Numbered from the stretch's first letter, positions 19,462 to 31,129 are shown. The stretch is 64,000 bases of DNA from an uncultured Muribaculaceae bacterium (GCA_964636965.1 CAZWST010000002.1:12344-76343); one strand, 5' to 3'. The notes: generated by a model not told the origin, from the letters alone. Numbers and translations: made by a program.

Positions 19462-19629
19462 TATTTTCTCCTCTAAAAATCACAATTTATCCATTAGTTC
19501 AATTAGATCATATTTAAATGTATTTTATTAACTTTATAATTAAAGTTAATATTTAATTATAATTAGTTAAAATAGTAATTAAAATTGTCAAAATACTTTT
19601 CAATATCTTTTCAAAATATTCTTTTAATA

Positions 19630-19667
19630 ATAAAAAAGCCTTGTAAATCATCTATTCACAAAGGCTT
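19630..19667 (-). terminator. intrinsic terminator after secA
   Basis: AAGCCTTTGT...ACAAGGCTT is followed by a T-run on the minus strand. Confidence 0.6.
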
Positions 19668-19672
19668 CATTA

Positions 19673-22171
19673 TTATTTACCACAACAATTTTTGTACTTT
19701 TTGCCCGAGCCGCAAGGACACTTGTCATTACGACCAATTTTAGCATCATTCTTTATTGTCTTTTTTACTTTTTCTTTTCCATCTCCAGCGTTTCCTTCCA
19801 TTTGTCTAGCGCCAAAGTTTTGTTTTATTTCCATTTTAAGTAGGAATGTAGCAATTGATGCATCAATGTTATCTTGCATTGCTTCAAACATTTCATAACC
19901 TTCTAATGCATATGCTTGCAATGGATTATTTTGACCATATCCACGAAGACCAATTCCTTCTCTTAATTGATCCATATCTGCAATATGTTTAACCCATGCT
20001 TCATCTATAACTCTTAAAGAAATATGTTTTTCAAAATCTGTTACAATTTCTTCAGGAACTACTTCAATCTTTTCTTCATAATCAGCAATTACTCTTTCGC
20101 TTAAGATATCGAATACATCATCTTCCTTTTTACCATATAGATCTTCAGGTCTGATTTTTTCTTTCTTAATTAAGTTATGATTAATTGTGTCACATATTCC
20201 TTCCATATCGGCATTAGTTAGATATCCTTCTGGTGCAATATGAGCATCTATAATTTCATCAATATAATCACATATAATATCACGAATAATTTGATGAATA
20301 TCTTCAGAATCTAAGATTTCATTTCTTCTTTCATAAATAATCTTTCTTTGTTCAGAAACTATATTATCATAGTCAAGTAAGTTCTTACGCATATCATAGT
20401 TGTTTCCTTCAACTTTCTTTTGAGCAGATTCAACAGATTTAGTAAACATCTTACTTCTTACTTGTTGCATATCATCTAATCCTAAAGATTGAACCATATT
20501 TTTTACTTTATCAGCACCAAATCTGTGCATTAATTCATCTTCAAATGAGATGAAAAATTGAGAATATCCAGGATCTCCTTGACGTCCAGCACGACCACGT
20601 AACTGATTATCAATACGACGAGATTCATGTCTTTCAGTACCAATTACACATAAACCACCAAGTTCAGCTACACCTTCACCTAACTTAATATCTGTACCAC
20701 GACCAGCCATATTAGTTGCTATAGTAACAGCACCTTTTTCACCAGCCTTAGCAATAATCTCAGCTTCTCTTGCATGATTCTTTGCATTTAATACTTCATG
20801 CTTAATTCCTGCTTTTTCAAGCATTCTCGATAATCTTTCATTGTTTTCAACAGATATTGTACCAACTAGTATTGGTTGTCCAGTTTCATGTACTTGCTTT
20901 ATGAATTCAACAATATTTTTAAATTTAGCTGATTCAGTAGCATACATGATATCTGACATATCTTTTCTTATACAAGGTTTATTTGTAGGAATTTGAATAA
21001 CATACATGTTATAAATATCCCTAAATTCTTCTTCTTCAGTTTTAGCTGTACCTGTCATACCAGATATTTTTGCATACATTCTGAATAAATTTTGGAATGT
21101 TATTGTAGCCATAGTGCGAGTTTCTTCATTAATCTTAACTCCCTCTTTAGCTTCAATAGCTTGATGTAATCCATCACTAAATTGTCTTCCTTGCATTAAA
21201 CGACCTGTAAATGGGTCAACTATAACAATTTTTTGCTCTCCATCAACAACATAGTCAACATCAAGTTTCATTCCATAATTTGCTTTTAGTGCTTGATTGA
21301 TATGGTGCACTAGTGCAGTATTACCTTCATCATATAAGTTATTCAACTTAAAGAACTTTTCAATCTTCTTAGAACCATCTTCAGTTAACATAACTGATTT
21401 AGTCTTAGCATCAACTGTATAGTCATCTTCTTCTGTTAAAGATTTAACAGCTTTATCAGCTTCACGATAAAGATTAGCTGAATTAACTTTACCACCACTT
21501 ATAATTAAAGGAGTACGAGCTTCATCTATTAAAATTGAGTCTACCTCGTCTAGAATAACATAGTTAAGTTTTCTTAAAACTCTGTCTTCTTTTCTTACAA
21601 CCATGTTATCTCTTAGATAGTCAAAACCAACTTCATTATTAGTTGAGTAAGTTATATCACATGCATACACTTTTCTCTTTTCTTCTGGAGCCATTTCATG
21701 TAAGTTAACTCCTACAGTTAAACCTAAGAATTCATAGATTGGTCTCATCCATTCAGCATTACGTTCAGTTAAGTATTCATTAACCGTAACAACATGAACA
21801 CCTTTGCCAGTTAAAGCATTTAAATACGCAGGTAATATAGTTGTTAAAGTTTTACCTTCACCAGTTTTTAACTCAGCAATATTACCGTAGTGTAATGCTA
21901 AACCACCTAATAATTGAACATAGTAAGGTTTTTCACCTATTTGTCTATAAGCAACCTCTCTAGCTGCAGCAAAAGCAGTAACAATTATTTCTTCATCATT
22001 AATAGTCTTCCCAGCTTCTAGTTGTGCTTTTAACTTATCTGTAGTAGCAGCTAAATCTTCATCACTCATAGAAGTGTATTTATCATCTAAAGCTACTATC
22101 TTATCAGCTATTTTTTTAAATCTTTTTAATTCTTTATATTCAGTATCTACTAAATTTTTTAATAATCCCAT
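19673..22171 (-). CDS. secA: preprotein translocase ATPase SecA
   Basis: 832 aa. Walker A region ELKTGEGKTL, DEAD-like DEVDSILIDEARTPLIISG, and a C-terminal zinc motif CPCGSGKKYKNCCG. Confidence 0.97.
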   Translation of the reverse strand: MGLLKNLVDTEYKELKRFKKIADKIVALDDKYTSMSDEDLAATTDKLKAQLEAGKTINDEEIIVTAFAAAREVAYRQIGEKPYYVQLLGGLALHYGNIAELKTGEGKTLTTILPAYLNALTGKGVHVVTVNEYLTERNAEWMRPIYEFLGLTVGVNLHEMAPEEKRKVYACDITYSTNNEVGFDYLRDNMVVRKEDRVLRKLNYVILDEVDSILIDEARTPLIISGGKVNSANLYREADKAVKSLTEEDDYTVDAKTKSVMLTEDGSKKIEKFFKLNNLYDEGNTALVHHINQALKANYGMKLDVDYVVDGEQKIVIVDPFTGRLMQGRQFSDGLHQAIEAKEGVKINEETRTMATITFQNLFRMYAKISGMTGTAKTEEEEFRDIYNMYVIQIPTNKPCIRKDMSDIMYATESAKFKNIVEFIKQVHETGQPILVGTISVENNERLSRMLEKAGIKHEVLNAKNHAREAEIIAKAGEKGAVTIATNMAGRGTDIKLGEGVAELGGLCVIGTERHESRRIDNQLRGRAGRQGDPGYSQFFISFEDELMHRFGADKVKNMVQSLGLDDMQQVRSKMFTKSVESAQKKVEGNNYDMRKNLLDYDNIVSEQRKIIYERRNEILDSEDIHQIIRDIICDYIDEIIDAHIAPEGYLTNADMEGICDTINHNLIKKEKIRPEDLYGKKEDDVFDILSERVIADYEEKIEVVPEEIVTDFEKHISLRVIDEAWVKHIADMDQLREGIGLRGYGQNNPLQAYALEGYEMFEAMQDNIDASIATFLLKMEIKQNFGARQMEGNAGDGKEKVKKTIKNDAKIGRNDKCPCGSGKKYKNCCGK

Positions 22172-22254
22172 AGTATTTACCCTCCGTATATAACATTATA
22201 ACATAAAACATGTAAAAAAAGCCATAAATTATACATATTATGGTGAAAAATATC

Positions 22255-23403
22255 CTATTTATTAGGTACTTTTTCTAAAGTTTCTTTCTTAATTAACTTT
22301 TTTTCATATTTAGTAAGCATTTTACCTTGGTCCTTCAAGTCTACATTCTTTTTTATTTCATCCCATAAAAGAAGTATTCTTTCTCTTTCAGCAGCTAAAA
22401 ATGATTCTTTTAAAATAAGTGATTCGTAAAATAGATTCCCTGGTGCGCGTCTTTCATTTTCTTCAATTAAACGACCATTTGTAATTTTGTAATTATAAAC
22501 AGAATAAGCAGATTTTCTAGAATAATAACCAAAAGCAACATAAATACAGTAAGCAAGCACTAATACAGAATAGATTATTTTAGCATTGAAAAGTTTTTTA
22601 GATAAAACAACATCAATATCTTCCGGATTTTCATATTTAATTATTGTAATTAAAACTTCTTTTTTTTGAGATGCATCTAATGAAGATAAAATATCTCTAT
22701 CGTTTTTTGTAAGTAATCTTGAATCATTTAATGTTTTAATTAGTCTATCATATAGTTCTACATATTCTTGATTATCATCTATCTCTTCAAATTCTTCGGT
22801 ATCTCCATTATCTTTAGGAATATAATTGGAAACAGATGAAAAAGACTTAGCTTGAAGTTCTCCATCTTCTTTTCTAACTAACGATGCTTCTAAATAGGTA
22901 TCATCAGTATTTATTTTAATTTCATATGTATCATTAATATCAACTCTACTAACTGCACATAAACCATCAGGTTCACTAACAGTACAATTTAAAAGATCTT
23001 CTAAATCATTTAAAACACAAACATAATCGCTTGTTTTACATTCACCATTATCTGGATTATATAAAGTTGTTTCCTTAGTATATCTAGGTACTTTTTTATC
23101 AAACTTAATATCTTTTAAAGTGGTATAAGAATAAAGAGAAGAAGATATAAGAATTGCTGGCAAACTAACAAATAAGAATCTATACTTACGAATGCTTAAA
23201 TAATTAGGAAGAAAGACAGATAAATTTGAAGTTCTCACATTTTCTTCTAATTGATCTATTTTAATTCTAGAACCTTTATCATAAACAACATTATTTGTAT
23301 CCTCTTTAGTATCACTAATTCTTTTCAAGTTTACTCTATCACGATTTTTTAAATAGTTGTATTTTCTTTTATTATTAATAACAGCTTTTAATGTTGATAA
23401 CAT
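22255..23403 (-). CDS. 2-TM membrane protein, paralog 1 of a tandem triplet (unknown family)
   Basis: It shares MLSTLKAVINN...LKNRDRV at the N-terminus and KESFLAAERERILLL...LTKYEKKLIKK at the C-terminus with the two neighbouring genes. Confidence 0.6.
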   Translation of the reverse strand: MLSTLKAVINNKRKYNYLKNRDRVNLKRISDTKEDTNNVVYDKGSRIKIDQLEENVRTSNLSVFLPNYLSIRKYRFLFVSLPAILISSSLYSYTTLKDIKFDKKVPRYTKETTLYNPDNGECKTSDYVCVLNDLEDLLNCTVSEPDGLCAVSRVDINDTYEIKINTDDTYLEASLVRKEDGELQAKSFSSVSNYIPKDNGDTEEFEEIDDNQEYVELYDRLIKTLNDSRLLTKNDRDILSSLDASQKKEVLITIIKYENPEDIDVVLSKKLFNAKIIYSVLVLAYCIYVAFGYYSRKSAYSVYNYKITNGRLIEENERRAPGNLFYESLILKESFLAAERERILLLWDEIKKNVDLKDQGKMLTKYEKKLIKKETLEKVPNK

Positions 23404-23477
23404 AATAACACCTCATTACAAAAAGTTATTCTACCTAAAATACTATAAATATGCAAGAAAAAAGACAGATGAGTTAA

Positions 23478-24602
23478 TTATCTGTCTAATTTTTTCCCTG
23501 CTTTTTTTATTAATTTTTTTTCATATGAAGTTAATAATTTATTACGATCCGATTCTCTAACGTTTTCCACAATTTCCTTATTCAATAACAATATTCTTTC
23601 TTTTTCAGCTGCTAAAAATGCTTCTTTCATTTTTAATGCCGAGAACCAAACACTGCCATCATATACATCTCTTTCTGTAACAAGGGTTCCATTTTTGTGG
23701 TCTAAACAAGTTGTTCCAAACTCTTCTTTTCTATAATTATATGAAGCAATAAGTAAAACATCATAGATAAATGCAATAAGTCCTAAAATAACCTTTCTAG
23801 GAATTCTAGTTTTTGAAAGTATTACTTCAACATTTCCTTTATCTTGATAAGTAACTATATTTAAAATAATACTCTGCTTTTCACTATTTGTAATTGAGTC
23901 CAATAGTTCTTTTTCGTCCTTGCTTAATGATGATGATTCCTCAATAATTGCAAGAGCACGATCAAATAAAGATACATATTCATCATCATTTTCATCTTGA
24001 AAATTTAAACCATCATTATTGTTAATATCAATATAGTTATTAACAACATCAGCTGATGAAACAGTCATTTCACCATTACCATCAATTTTTAAATCAGCAG
24101 TTAAACACTTTTCACCATTATGATATTCAATTAAAATCTTATTACTAGCATAAGTAATTACTTCCCCATTTTCTGGCTGCACTAATTGATGCCCAAAAAA
24201 TTCACCAGAATCGCCTAAATCATAAGTATCTTTTATAGTAGTACTAACACCAGCATCAGAATCATAAATAGTTTCATTTCTAACATAATAATGCGCAGTA
24301 TCATTTTTATCAACTCTAGAAGGAGTTTGTACAAGCCAAATAGCTGCAGCAGATAATAAAGCAGGAAGAGTAACTACAACAAATCTATATGCTCTTAAAG
24401 TAAAATAATTACCTGCAAAAGTTTTAAGATTACTAACTCTCATATCTCCTTGCAATTTCATTATTTTGTCTTTTGATCCACTCTCATTAACTATATTATT
24501 AGTTTCAGTACTCGTTTCCTTTTCAAGAGTAACTCTATCAATATTTTTTAGAAATTTAAACTGATTTAAATTATTTATAATTGTTTTTGTTGTATCTAAC
24601 AT
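23478..24602 (-). CDS. 2-TM membrane protein, paralog 2 of a tandem triplet (unknown family)
   Basis: MLDTTKTIINNLNQFKFLKNIDRV at the N-terminus and KEAFLAAEKERILLLNKEI...LTSYEKKLIKK at the C-terminus. Confidence 0.6.
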   Translation of the reverse strand: MLDTTKTIINNLNQFKFLKNIDRVTLEKETSTETNNIVNESGSKDKIMKLQGDMRVSNLKTFAGNYFTLRAYRFVVVTLPALLSAAAIWLVQTPSRVDKNDTAHYYVRNETIYDSDAGVSTTIKDTYDLGDSGEFFGHQLVQPENGEVITYASNKILIEYHNGEKCLTADLKIDGNGEMTVSSADVVNNYIDINNNDGLNFQDENDDEYVSLFDRALAIIEESSSLSKDEKELLDSITNSEKQSIILNIVTYQDKGNVEVILSKTRIPRKVILGLIAFIYDVLLIASYNYRKEEFGTTCLDHKNGTLVTERDVYDGSVWFSALKMKEAFLAAEKERILLLNKEIVENVRESDRNKLLTSYEKKLIKKAGKKLDR

Positions 24603-24622
24603 AAAATACCACCTTTTCTAGC

Positions 24623-25765
24623 TTAGTTCTTTCCCATATACATACTAGCTCGTGCATCTTCAACTTTAGCTCGCTTAATTAATTTTTTTTCATAACCTGT
24701 AAGCAATTTAGAAGATTCATTTGAAGCAACATTTTCATTTATTTCTTTATTTAATAAAAGAATTCTTTCTCTTTCAGCAGCTAAAAAAGCTTCTTTATAT
24801 TTAACAGCTTGAAAGAACAAATTTACTGTTCTATTATACTCTTCATAAAGCCTTCCATTTTCATGTAAAAGAGTAACGAACTCAAAGGCTTTTTCTTTCT
24901 TATCATCATAATAAAAGATATCAACTATTCCACTAATTACTAACATAAAGATAACAATTACTTTAAACAGTGTTTTTGACTTGGTAACTCCAACTTTAAT
25001 ATCACCTAAATCAATATACTTTTCAATTTCTATGATAACTGTTTTTTTATCATCTTCATTTAAATTTTCTAGCATCTCTAAGCCATCTTCAGATAACCAA
25101 GATGAATCTTTAACTAGTTTAACTAATTTATCATATAAAGCATCATAATTATTTCCAGCATCAGTAAAATTCATCTCCGTATAATCTATAAAATCATAAT
25201 GATCCCCAGTATAAATTTCATTAACAGAAAGTAAATCTTTAGAATTAATATCAATTAAAGCATTTATATAATCATCTTCATTATATATCTGCAATCTAAT
25301 TGTATCTTTAATACTGTCATTTTTTAAGGCCTGTTTATCATCTTTTAAAACATAAGTCCCAATTCCTTTATCAACAACATAGCCAGTGCTTCTTTCTTCT
25401 ACTTCTCCATAATTAGAATTATAAGTAGTACATACCTTTTCGTATGCTGGTAATTCTTTCGTAGTTGGAATCCTTTTTGGCGGAAAAAAAGACGCAATAG
25501 ATAAAACAGATAACATTGCTGGTAAAGAAATAAACCAAAATCTTCTCCATCTAAGTTTAGCATAATTCTTTATAAACACATGTAAGTTACTAACTCTATT
25601 ATCCGTCTCTAAATAATTAATTCTATTTAAAGTACCATCAGTTGTTCTAATATTATTGCTTTCCCCATCACTAACTTCGATTTTTTTTAAATGAACACGA
25701 TCTCTATTTTTTAAATATTTAAACTGATTAAGATTATTAATTACACACTTCGTTGTATCTAACAT
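24623..25765 (-). CDS. 2-TM membrane protein, paralog 3 of a tandem triplet (unknown family)
   Basis: MLDTTKCVINNLNQFKYLKNRDRV at the N-terminus and KEAFLAAERERILLLNKEI...LTGYEKKLIKR at the C-terminus. Confidence 0.6.
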   Translation of the reverse strand: MLDTTKCVINNLNQFKYLKNRDRVHLKKIEVSDGESNNIRTTDGTLNRINYLETDNRVSNLHVFIKNYAKLRWRRFWFISLPAMLSVLSIASFFPPKRIPTTKELPAYEKVCTTYNSNYGEVEERSTGYVVDKGIGTYVLKDDKQALKNDSIKDTIRLQIYNEDDYINALIDINSKDLLSVNEIYTGDHYDFIDYTEMNFTDAGNNYDALYDKLVKLVKDSSWLSEDGLEMLENLNEDDKKTVIIEIEKYIDLGDIKVGVTKSKTLFKVIVIFMLVISGIVDIFYYDDKKEKAFEFVTLLHENGRLYEEYNRTVNLFFQAVKYKEAFLAAERERILLLNKEINENVASNESSKLLTGYEKKLIKRAKVEDARASMYMGKN

Positions 25766-25844
25766 ATTAAAGACTCCTTCTTGAGTACATATTCTAAACT
25801 ATAATGCCTTAAAACACAAGAAAAAAAGAGCTAATGCTCTTAGT

Positions 25845-26369
25845 TTATCTACTATTAATGATTCCGTAGTTTCCTTCTTTTCTCTTATAGATTAAAGAAA
25901 TACATTCTTCATCAACATTTTTAAATAAGAAAAAGTCATGTCCTAATAAATCCATTTGTAAAATAGCTTCTTCTTCACTCATAGGTTTAGAAGAAATATC
26001 TTTTCTTTTAACTATTACATCAGTTGATTCTTCATCATCACTTTCAATAGTTGCAAAACCAAATGGTTCTTCATTTCTTTTTTTATTTAACTTTGTTTTA
26101 TTCTTTCTGATTTGTCTTTCTAAAACATCTATAACTAAATCGATAGCAGCATATAAATCTTCATTTTTTTCTTCTGCTCTTAATGTATATTTACCTGTAG
26201 GTATAGTAACTTCAATTACTTCAATTCCATTTCTCACGCGAATTAAGACATGAGCATCAATTGAACTTGGTTCATCAAAGTATTTATCTAAACGATCTAA
26301 TTTCTCCTTAACATAATTTTTAATTGAATCTGTAACTTCAATTTTGTCTCCACGAATATTAATATTCAC
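25845..26369 (-). CDS. hpf: ribosome hibernation promoting factor (long HPF)
   Basis: NINIRGDKIEVTDSIKNYVKEKL at the N-terminus, with a C-terminal dimerisation domain EEAILQMDLLGHDFFLFKN. The likely start is the GTG at 26369, 8 nt after GGAAGG. Confidence 0.9.
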   Translation of the reverse strand: MNINIRGDKIEVTDSIKNYVKEKLDRLDKYFDEPSSIDAHVLIRVRNGIEVIEVTIPTGKYTLRAEEKNEDLYAAIDLVIDVLERQIRKNKTKLNKKRNEEPFGFATIESDDEESTDVIVKRKDISSKPMSEEEAILQMDLLGHDFFLFKNVDEECISLIYKRKEGNYGIINSR

Positions 26370-26426
26370 GAATATCACCTTCCTAGCTTTATTATATCAA
26401 GGAATAACTAACTAGTTCAAGCAAAA

Positions 26427-26642
26427 TTACATTGAATATTCAGCAACTTTAGCTACAACTTCAATTGCTTGAAGACCTTTTATTGTTTCAATAAGTTTAA
26501 AAGATACTTCATCACCTTGATTTAATGTTTTAAATCCATCCATGCTTATTGCAGAATAATGAACAAAAATATCATCTAGGTTAGGGCATTCAATGAAACC
26601 ATAACCTTTTTCATTGTTAAACCATTTAACTTTACCAGTCAT
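26427..26642 (-). CDS. csp: cold-shock protein (CspA family)
   Basis: Begins MTGKVKWFNNEKGYGFIE, with the RNP motifs. Confidence 0.92.
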   Translation of the reverse strand: MTGKVKWFNNEKGYGFIECPNLDDIFVHYSAISMDGFKTLNQGDEVSFKLIETIKGLQAIEVVAKVAEYSM

Positions 26643-26755
26643 ATTTACACCTCTTTTCCTTCAAAATACAAGCCCATTATAAAACACTAAAAGATAAAAA
26701 TTTGTCGAATCGTGTCGTATACCTAAAATTTTTTTCAAAATAATAAAAAAAGACA

Positions 26756-27187
26756 TTAATAAATGTCTTTTCTTGCTCTTGATAAATCTCTTTCCTTAAT
26801 AGTTTCTCTTTTATCATATAATTTCTTACCCTTACATAATCCTAAGAGAACTTTTACCTTATCTTTTTTAAAATACATCTTTAAGGGAACTAATGAATAA
26901 CCATTTAGCTTTATCTCTTCAGCTAACTTTTTTATTTCTTTTTTATGAAGCAAAAGTTTCCTACTTCTTCTTTCATCATGATTAAATCTATTGCCTTCTT
27001 CGTACTTTGCTATATACATATTGATAACATAAACTTCATCATTCTTAATTCGGGCGAATGTATCTTTTAAATTAGCACTACCTTTTCTAATAGATTTTAT
27101 TTCTGTGCCTTTTAAAACTATACCTGTTTCGATTTCCTTTAATACAAAATAATCAAAGTAAGCTTTTTTATTTCTTATTTCTACCAT
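26756..27187 (-). CDS. smpB: SsrA-binding protein SmpB
   Basis: [10 protein letters not shown]...GTEIKSIR...[15 protein letters not shown]. Confidence 0.95.
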   Translation of the reverse strand: MVEIRNKKAYFDYFVLKEIETGIVLKGTEIKSIRKGSANLKDTFARIKNDEVYVINMYIAKYEEGNRFNHDERRSRKLLLHKKEIKKLAEEIKLNGYSLVPLKMYFKKDKVKVLLGLCKGKKLYDKRETIKERDLSRARKDIY

Positions 27188-29357
27188 TTTTCTTCCTTCT
27201 TGTTGTTTCTTTTTCTTCTTGTTCTTTATTATCTTCTTTTACAAGTTCAAAGTCAACTGTTGATGCAGCTTTACTTGCGCCTATACATCTAACCTTCAAA
27301 TAATCTCCCAATTTATAACATTTCTTTGATTTTGGATCAACAAGTGAACTAGTCTCTTCAACATACTGAAAATTATGCCCATCAAGGAAGTCAATTGATA
27401 CAAGTCCTTCAACTAGATTATCAAGTTGAACAAAAACACCATAACCAGTGACACCCGAGATAATTGCTTCGTACTCTTCACCAACATGACTTTCCATATA
27501 TTCAGCCATCTTCATCTTATCAACAGCTCTTTCAGCTTCAACTGCTGCAAGTTCACGATTACTTGCTTGATCGCATAAACCTGGAAGTTGTGAAGCCCAG
27601 TAACTCTTAGTATCGCTATCTGTTTTTCCATTAATTAAGTAAGTCCATACTAATCTATGAATTAAAAGATCTGGATAACGCCTAATTGGAGAAGTAAAAT
27701 GTGTATAAGATGTATGTGGAGGAACAACAGCTAAACCAAAATGCCCAATATTATCAGGACCATAAAAGGCTTTAGGCATACTTCTTAAAGCCAAAGACTT
27801 AATAATATTATTTTGTTTTTCATCAACATTAATTTGATTTAATAAACTTTGAAACATTTTAGGATTAGTAATATCACTAAATTTACCCTTTATTTGAATT
27901 CCAAAATTACGGCAGAAATTAACAAATGATTGAACTTTTTCTGCAACAGGAGTACCATGAACACGATAAACAGAAGGTAAATCCATTTTAAATAAAGTAC
28001 CAGCTACTGTTTCATTAGCTTTTACCATGAAGTCTTCAATTAGTTTTTCTCCCTCTCCGCGATATACCTTTAAAACATCTATTGCTTTTCCAGTATCATC
28101 ACATTTAATCTTTATTTCATCCATGTCAAAATCAGATGCACCTCTTCCTACTCTTTCAGCACGTATAATATGAGCAAGTTCTTGCATTAATTTTAAATTA
28201 TCAGCGTAATCTTCATACCCTGGATCAATAATATCATTTTCAAGCACATGATTTACTGAGTCATAATTCATCTTTTTAGAAGACTTAATAATAGATGGAA
28301 ATATACTAGATTCCACTACATTACCTTTTTTATTGATATACATTTCACAAGTTAATGCAAGACGATTAACATTTGGATTTAAAGAACATATACCATTAGA
28401 TAATTTATGAGGAAGCATTGGTAAAACTGAATAAGCAAGATAAGAAGAAGTTCCTCTTCTTAAAGCTTCTAAATCTAAAGGAGAACCCTCTTTAACATAA
28501 AAAGATACATCAGCAATTGAAACACGTAAACGATACAAATCATCGACTTTTGCAACTGAAATAGCATCATCTATATCTTTAGTATCTACTCCATCTATTG
28601 TTACAATTACATCATCTCTTAAATCATGACGATATTTAAGTTCTCTTTCTAAAGTTTCTTCATCTAATTCATCCGGTAAATCATTAGCTTCCTTAATCAC
28701 CTCATCAGGAAAATCAGAATATATTTCATAATTTGCAGCAATCGTCAAAATATCAACAGCAGGATCATCTTTATGACAAATGTGTCTACTAACTTCTCCA
28801 ATATATCTATTTTTTCCCAAATCATCAACAAGTGATACAACGACAATTTCTCCTTCAACACAAGACTTTAAACTATTAGCATCTACTGTTAAATTAATAT
28901 TTAACTTCTTATCCTCCGGCTCAAAATAAATACTAGTTCCATCACTTTTAATAATACCTACTATATTATTAATATCTCTCTTTAAAATTTTTATTACCAT
29001 ACCTTCTCTTTTTTTACCATTATTAGAAAGTATTTTAACTAAAACAATATCACCATTTAAAGCATATCCTACATTATCTCTATCAATAAAAATATCATCT
29101 TCATCATCTAGTATTAAAAAACCATTTCCGCTTTTATTGATTTGCATTTTACCTTTTTTAAAATCAGGACATTTGCTATATAAGATATATCTATTTTTAT
29201 TAGTTAAATAAACAATTTGTTCTTTAACTAATAAATCTAGTTCATATTCTAAATCTCTTAACTCATCAACTGTAGTTAACTCAAGTTTATCATTAATAGT
29301 CATTACATCAAGTGCACTAAATTCCCCTTCAAGTAATTCAAGTATTTTATCTCTCAT
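27168..29357 (-). CDS. rnr: ribonuclease R
   Basis: The RNB domain contains [14 protein letters not shown] and HFGL...[14 protein letters not shown]. There is a C-terminal S1 domain and a lysine-rich tail. It overlaps smpB by 20 nt. Confidence 0.95.
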   Translation of the reverse strand: MRDKILELLEGEFSALDVMTINDKLELTTVDELRDLEYELDLLVKEQIVYLTNKNRYILYSKCPDFKKGKMQINKSGNGFLILDDEDDIFIDRDNVGYALNGDIVLVKILSNNGKKREGMVIKILKRDINNIVGIIKSDGTSIYFEPEDKKLNINLTVDANSLKSCVEGEIVVVSLVDDLGKNRYIGEVSRHICHKDDPAVDILTIAANYEIYSDFPDEVIKEANDLPDELDEETLERELKYRHDLRDDVIVTIDGVDTKDIDDAISVAKVDDLYRLRVSIADVSFYVKEGSPLDLEALRRGTSSYLAYSVLPMLPHKLSNGICSLNPNVNRLALTCEMYINKKGNVVESSIFPSIIKSSKKMNYDSVNHVLENDIIDPGYEDYADNLKLMQELAHIIRAERVGRGASDFDMDEIKIKCDDTGKAIDVLKVYRGEGEKLIEDFMVKANETVAGTLFKMDLPSVYRVHGTPVAEKVQSFVNFCRNFGIQIKGKFSDITNPKMFQSLLNQINVDEKQNNIIKSLALRSMPKAFYGPDNIGHFGLAVVPPHTSYTHFTSPIRRYPDLLIHRLVWTYLINGKTDSDTKSYWASQLPGLCDQASNRELAAVEAERAVDKMKMAEYMESHVGEEYEAIISGVTGYGVFVQLDNLVEGLVSIDFLDGHNFQYVEETSSLVDPKSKKCYKLGDYLKVRCIGASKAASTVDFELVKEDNKEQEEKETTRRKKNGRNKK

Positions 29358-29445
29358 TATTCTTCACCATAATTATTATAACATTTAAAAGTTTATAAAA
29401 AATAAAAAAGTACATAAAAATGTACTTCCTATACTTAATTTAACA

Positions 29446-29673
29446 TTATTTTAAGTATAATACTAAAGATATTACAAAGAATAAAATTCCTAATATTAAA
29501 GTAATTCTACTTATAAGTAACTCTGCTCCTCTTTCTTTTTGGTTTTGAAATAACTCAGCGTTACCTCCTGAAATTATTTGTCCACCTGCTTGAGCCTTAT
29601 TACTTTGAAGTAATACTAATACAATTATAAGAACAGATACAACAATTAAAATAGTTTCTAACATAAAAGTCAC
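29446..29673 (-). CDS. secG: preprotein translocase subunit SecG
   Basis: A 75-aa protein with 2 TM segments and a central Gly-rich loop, sitting in the secG-rnr-smpB synteny. Confidence 0.8.
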   Translation of the reverse strand: MTFMLETILIVVSVLIIVLVLLQSNKAQAGGQIISGGNAELFQNQKERGAELLISRITLILGILFFVISLVLYLK

Positions 29674-29853
29674 CTGATTTCTAGTCCATAATTTACCATA
29701 TATTTATAATATTTTCAAGTAATTTACATAAAGTACTTAAAAATCAACATAATTATAAGTATAAAACAATTGTAAAAAATAGGCAAGTATAAATAAAATA
29801 GGTTAATTTAAAAATAATTTATGTTATAATTTTCATAGTAAGGAGGGGCCAAA

Positions 29854-31092
29854 ATGAAAATAGTTGAATTAAGTAATATTGAATTTGATGAATACGCTAA
29901 AGCACATCCACTTAGTAATTATTGTGAAGCAAGTAAATATGCCTTAGTTATGACAGATTATGGTTATTCATATGATTATATCGGAATGATTGATGATAGT
30001 AACAGAATTCAAGCAGCAGCACTTATATTAACTAAAGGGATTAAGGGAAATATAAAATATGGCTATTCTCCTAAAGGATTCTTAATCAATTACTATGATA
30101 AAGAATTATTAAAAACTTTTTTAGAATTATTAACTGATTATTATAAGAAAAAAGATTTTATATTTATTAAATTTAACCCTGAAATAATAATTGGAGAAAC
30201 AACTTTAAATAATAAACTTGTCATGAATTATAATGGAAATGTACGTATTATAGATGATTTGAAAGCTTATAATGTAAAAAGAAGAGTTGAATTAAAAGAA
30301 TTTAACTTAATGATGCCAAAATTTAATGCTTATATAAATCTAAAACAATTTAATCTTGCAAATGTTAATAGGAATTTTAGAAAAAAAATAAATAAGGGAT
30401 TAAAAAGAGGATTATACCTAACTGTAGGTAATGCTAAAGATATAAATACATTATATGATTTTACAAAGAACAAATCCAAAAGACCTATTTCCTACTACAG
30501 GAATATGTATCAAGTATTTTCAAAAGATAATTCAATAGATTTAGTCTTCTTAAAAATAGATTTTCAAAAATATTTAAATAATGTAAGAAAACAATATGAT
30601 GAAGAAGAAGTTATTAATGATTATTGGAAAAGAATGTTACAAGAAAATCCAGGAGAAAGAAGATTTGTTGCAGCAAAAATGAATTCTGACAGAAAAGCTG
30701 AAAGCTTAAAATCAAGAATTATTTATGCAACGGAAGAATTAAAAAAACATCCTGAAGTAAGTATTGCAGGTGCTCTAGTTGTAAAACACAGAAATCGTGT
30801 ATCAATTATAGCAAGTGGATATGATAATAATTATAAAAAAGAAAATCCAAATCACTTATTACACTACTTAATAATAGAGAGATATAAAGAATTTTTCTCA
30901 TTCTGTGATATTGGCGGTGTTACTGGTGTTTTTGATGAAACTTCAAACTATCAAGGATTAAATTATTTTAAAACTCGCTTCGATACAAAAATATATGAAT
31001 ACATTGGAGAATTTGATTTGATCTGTAGTGAAAGAATATTTAAAAAACTTATTAAAACAAGTTTCATTGAAGATGAATTTAATAAAGAATAA
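29854..31092 (+). CDS. FemAB-family peptidoglycan interpeptide-bridge aminoacyltransferase
   Basis: 412 aa. The overall layout (acyltransferase halves around a coiled-coil insert, FIKFNPE, NPNHLLHY) is typical of FemA/FemX/MurM. Confidence 0.65.
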   Translation: MKIVELSNIEFDEYAKAHPLSNYCEASKYALVMTDYGYSYDYIGMIDDSNRIQAAALILTKGIKGNIKYGYSPKGFLINYYDKELLKTFLELLTDYYKKKDFIFIKFNPEIIIGETTLNNKLVMNYNGNVRIIDDLKAYNVKRRVELKEFNLMMPKFNAYINLKQFNLANVNRNFRKKINKGLKRGLYLTVGNAKDINTLYDFTKNKSKRPISYYRNMYQVFSKDNSIDLVFLKIDFQKYLNNVRKQYDEEEVINDYWKRMLQENPGERRFVAAKMNSDRKAESLKSRIIYATEELKKHPEVSIAGALVVKHRNRVSIIASGYDNNYKKENPNHLLHYLIIERYKEFFSFCDIGGVTGVFDETSNYQGLNYFKTRFDTKIYEYIGEFDLICSERIFKKLIKTSFIEDEFNKE

Positions 31093-31129
31093 AGAGTATA
31101 AATAAATACTCTTTTTTATATACTTTAAT

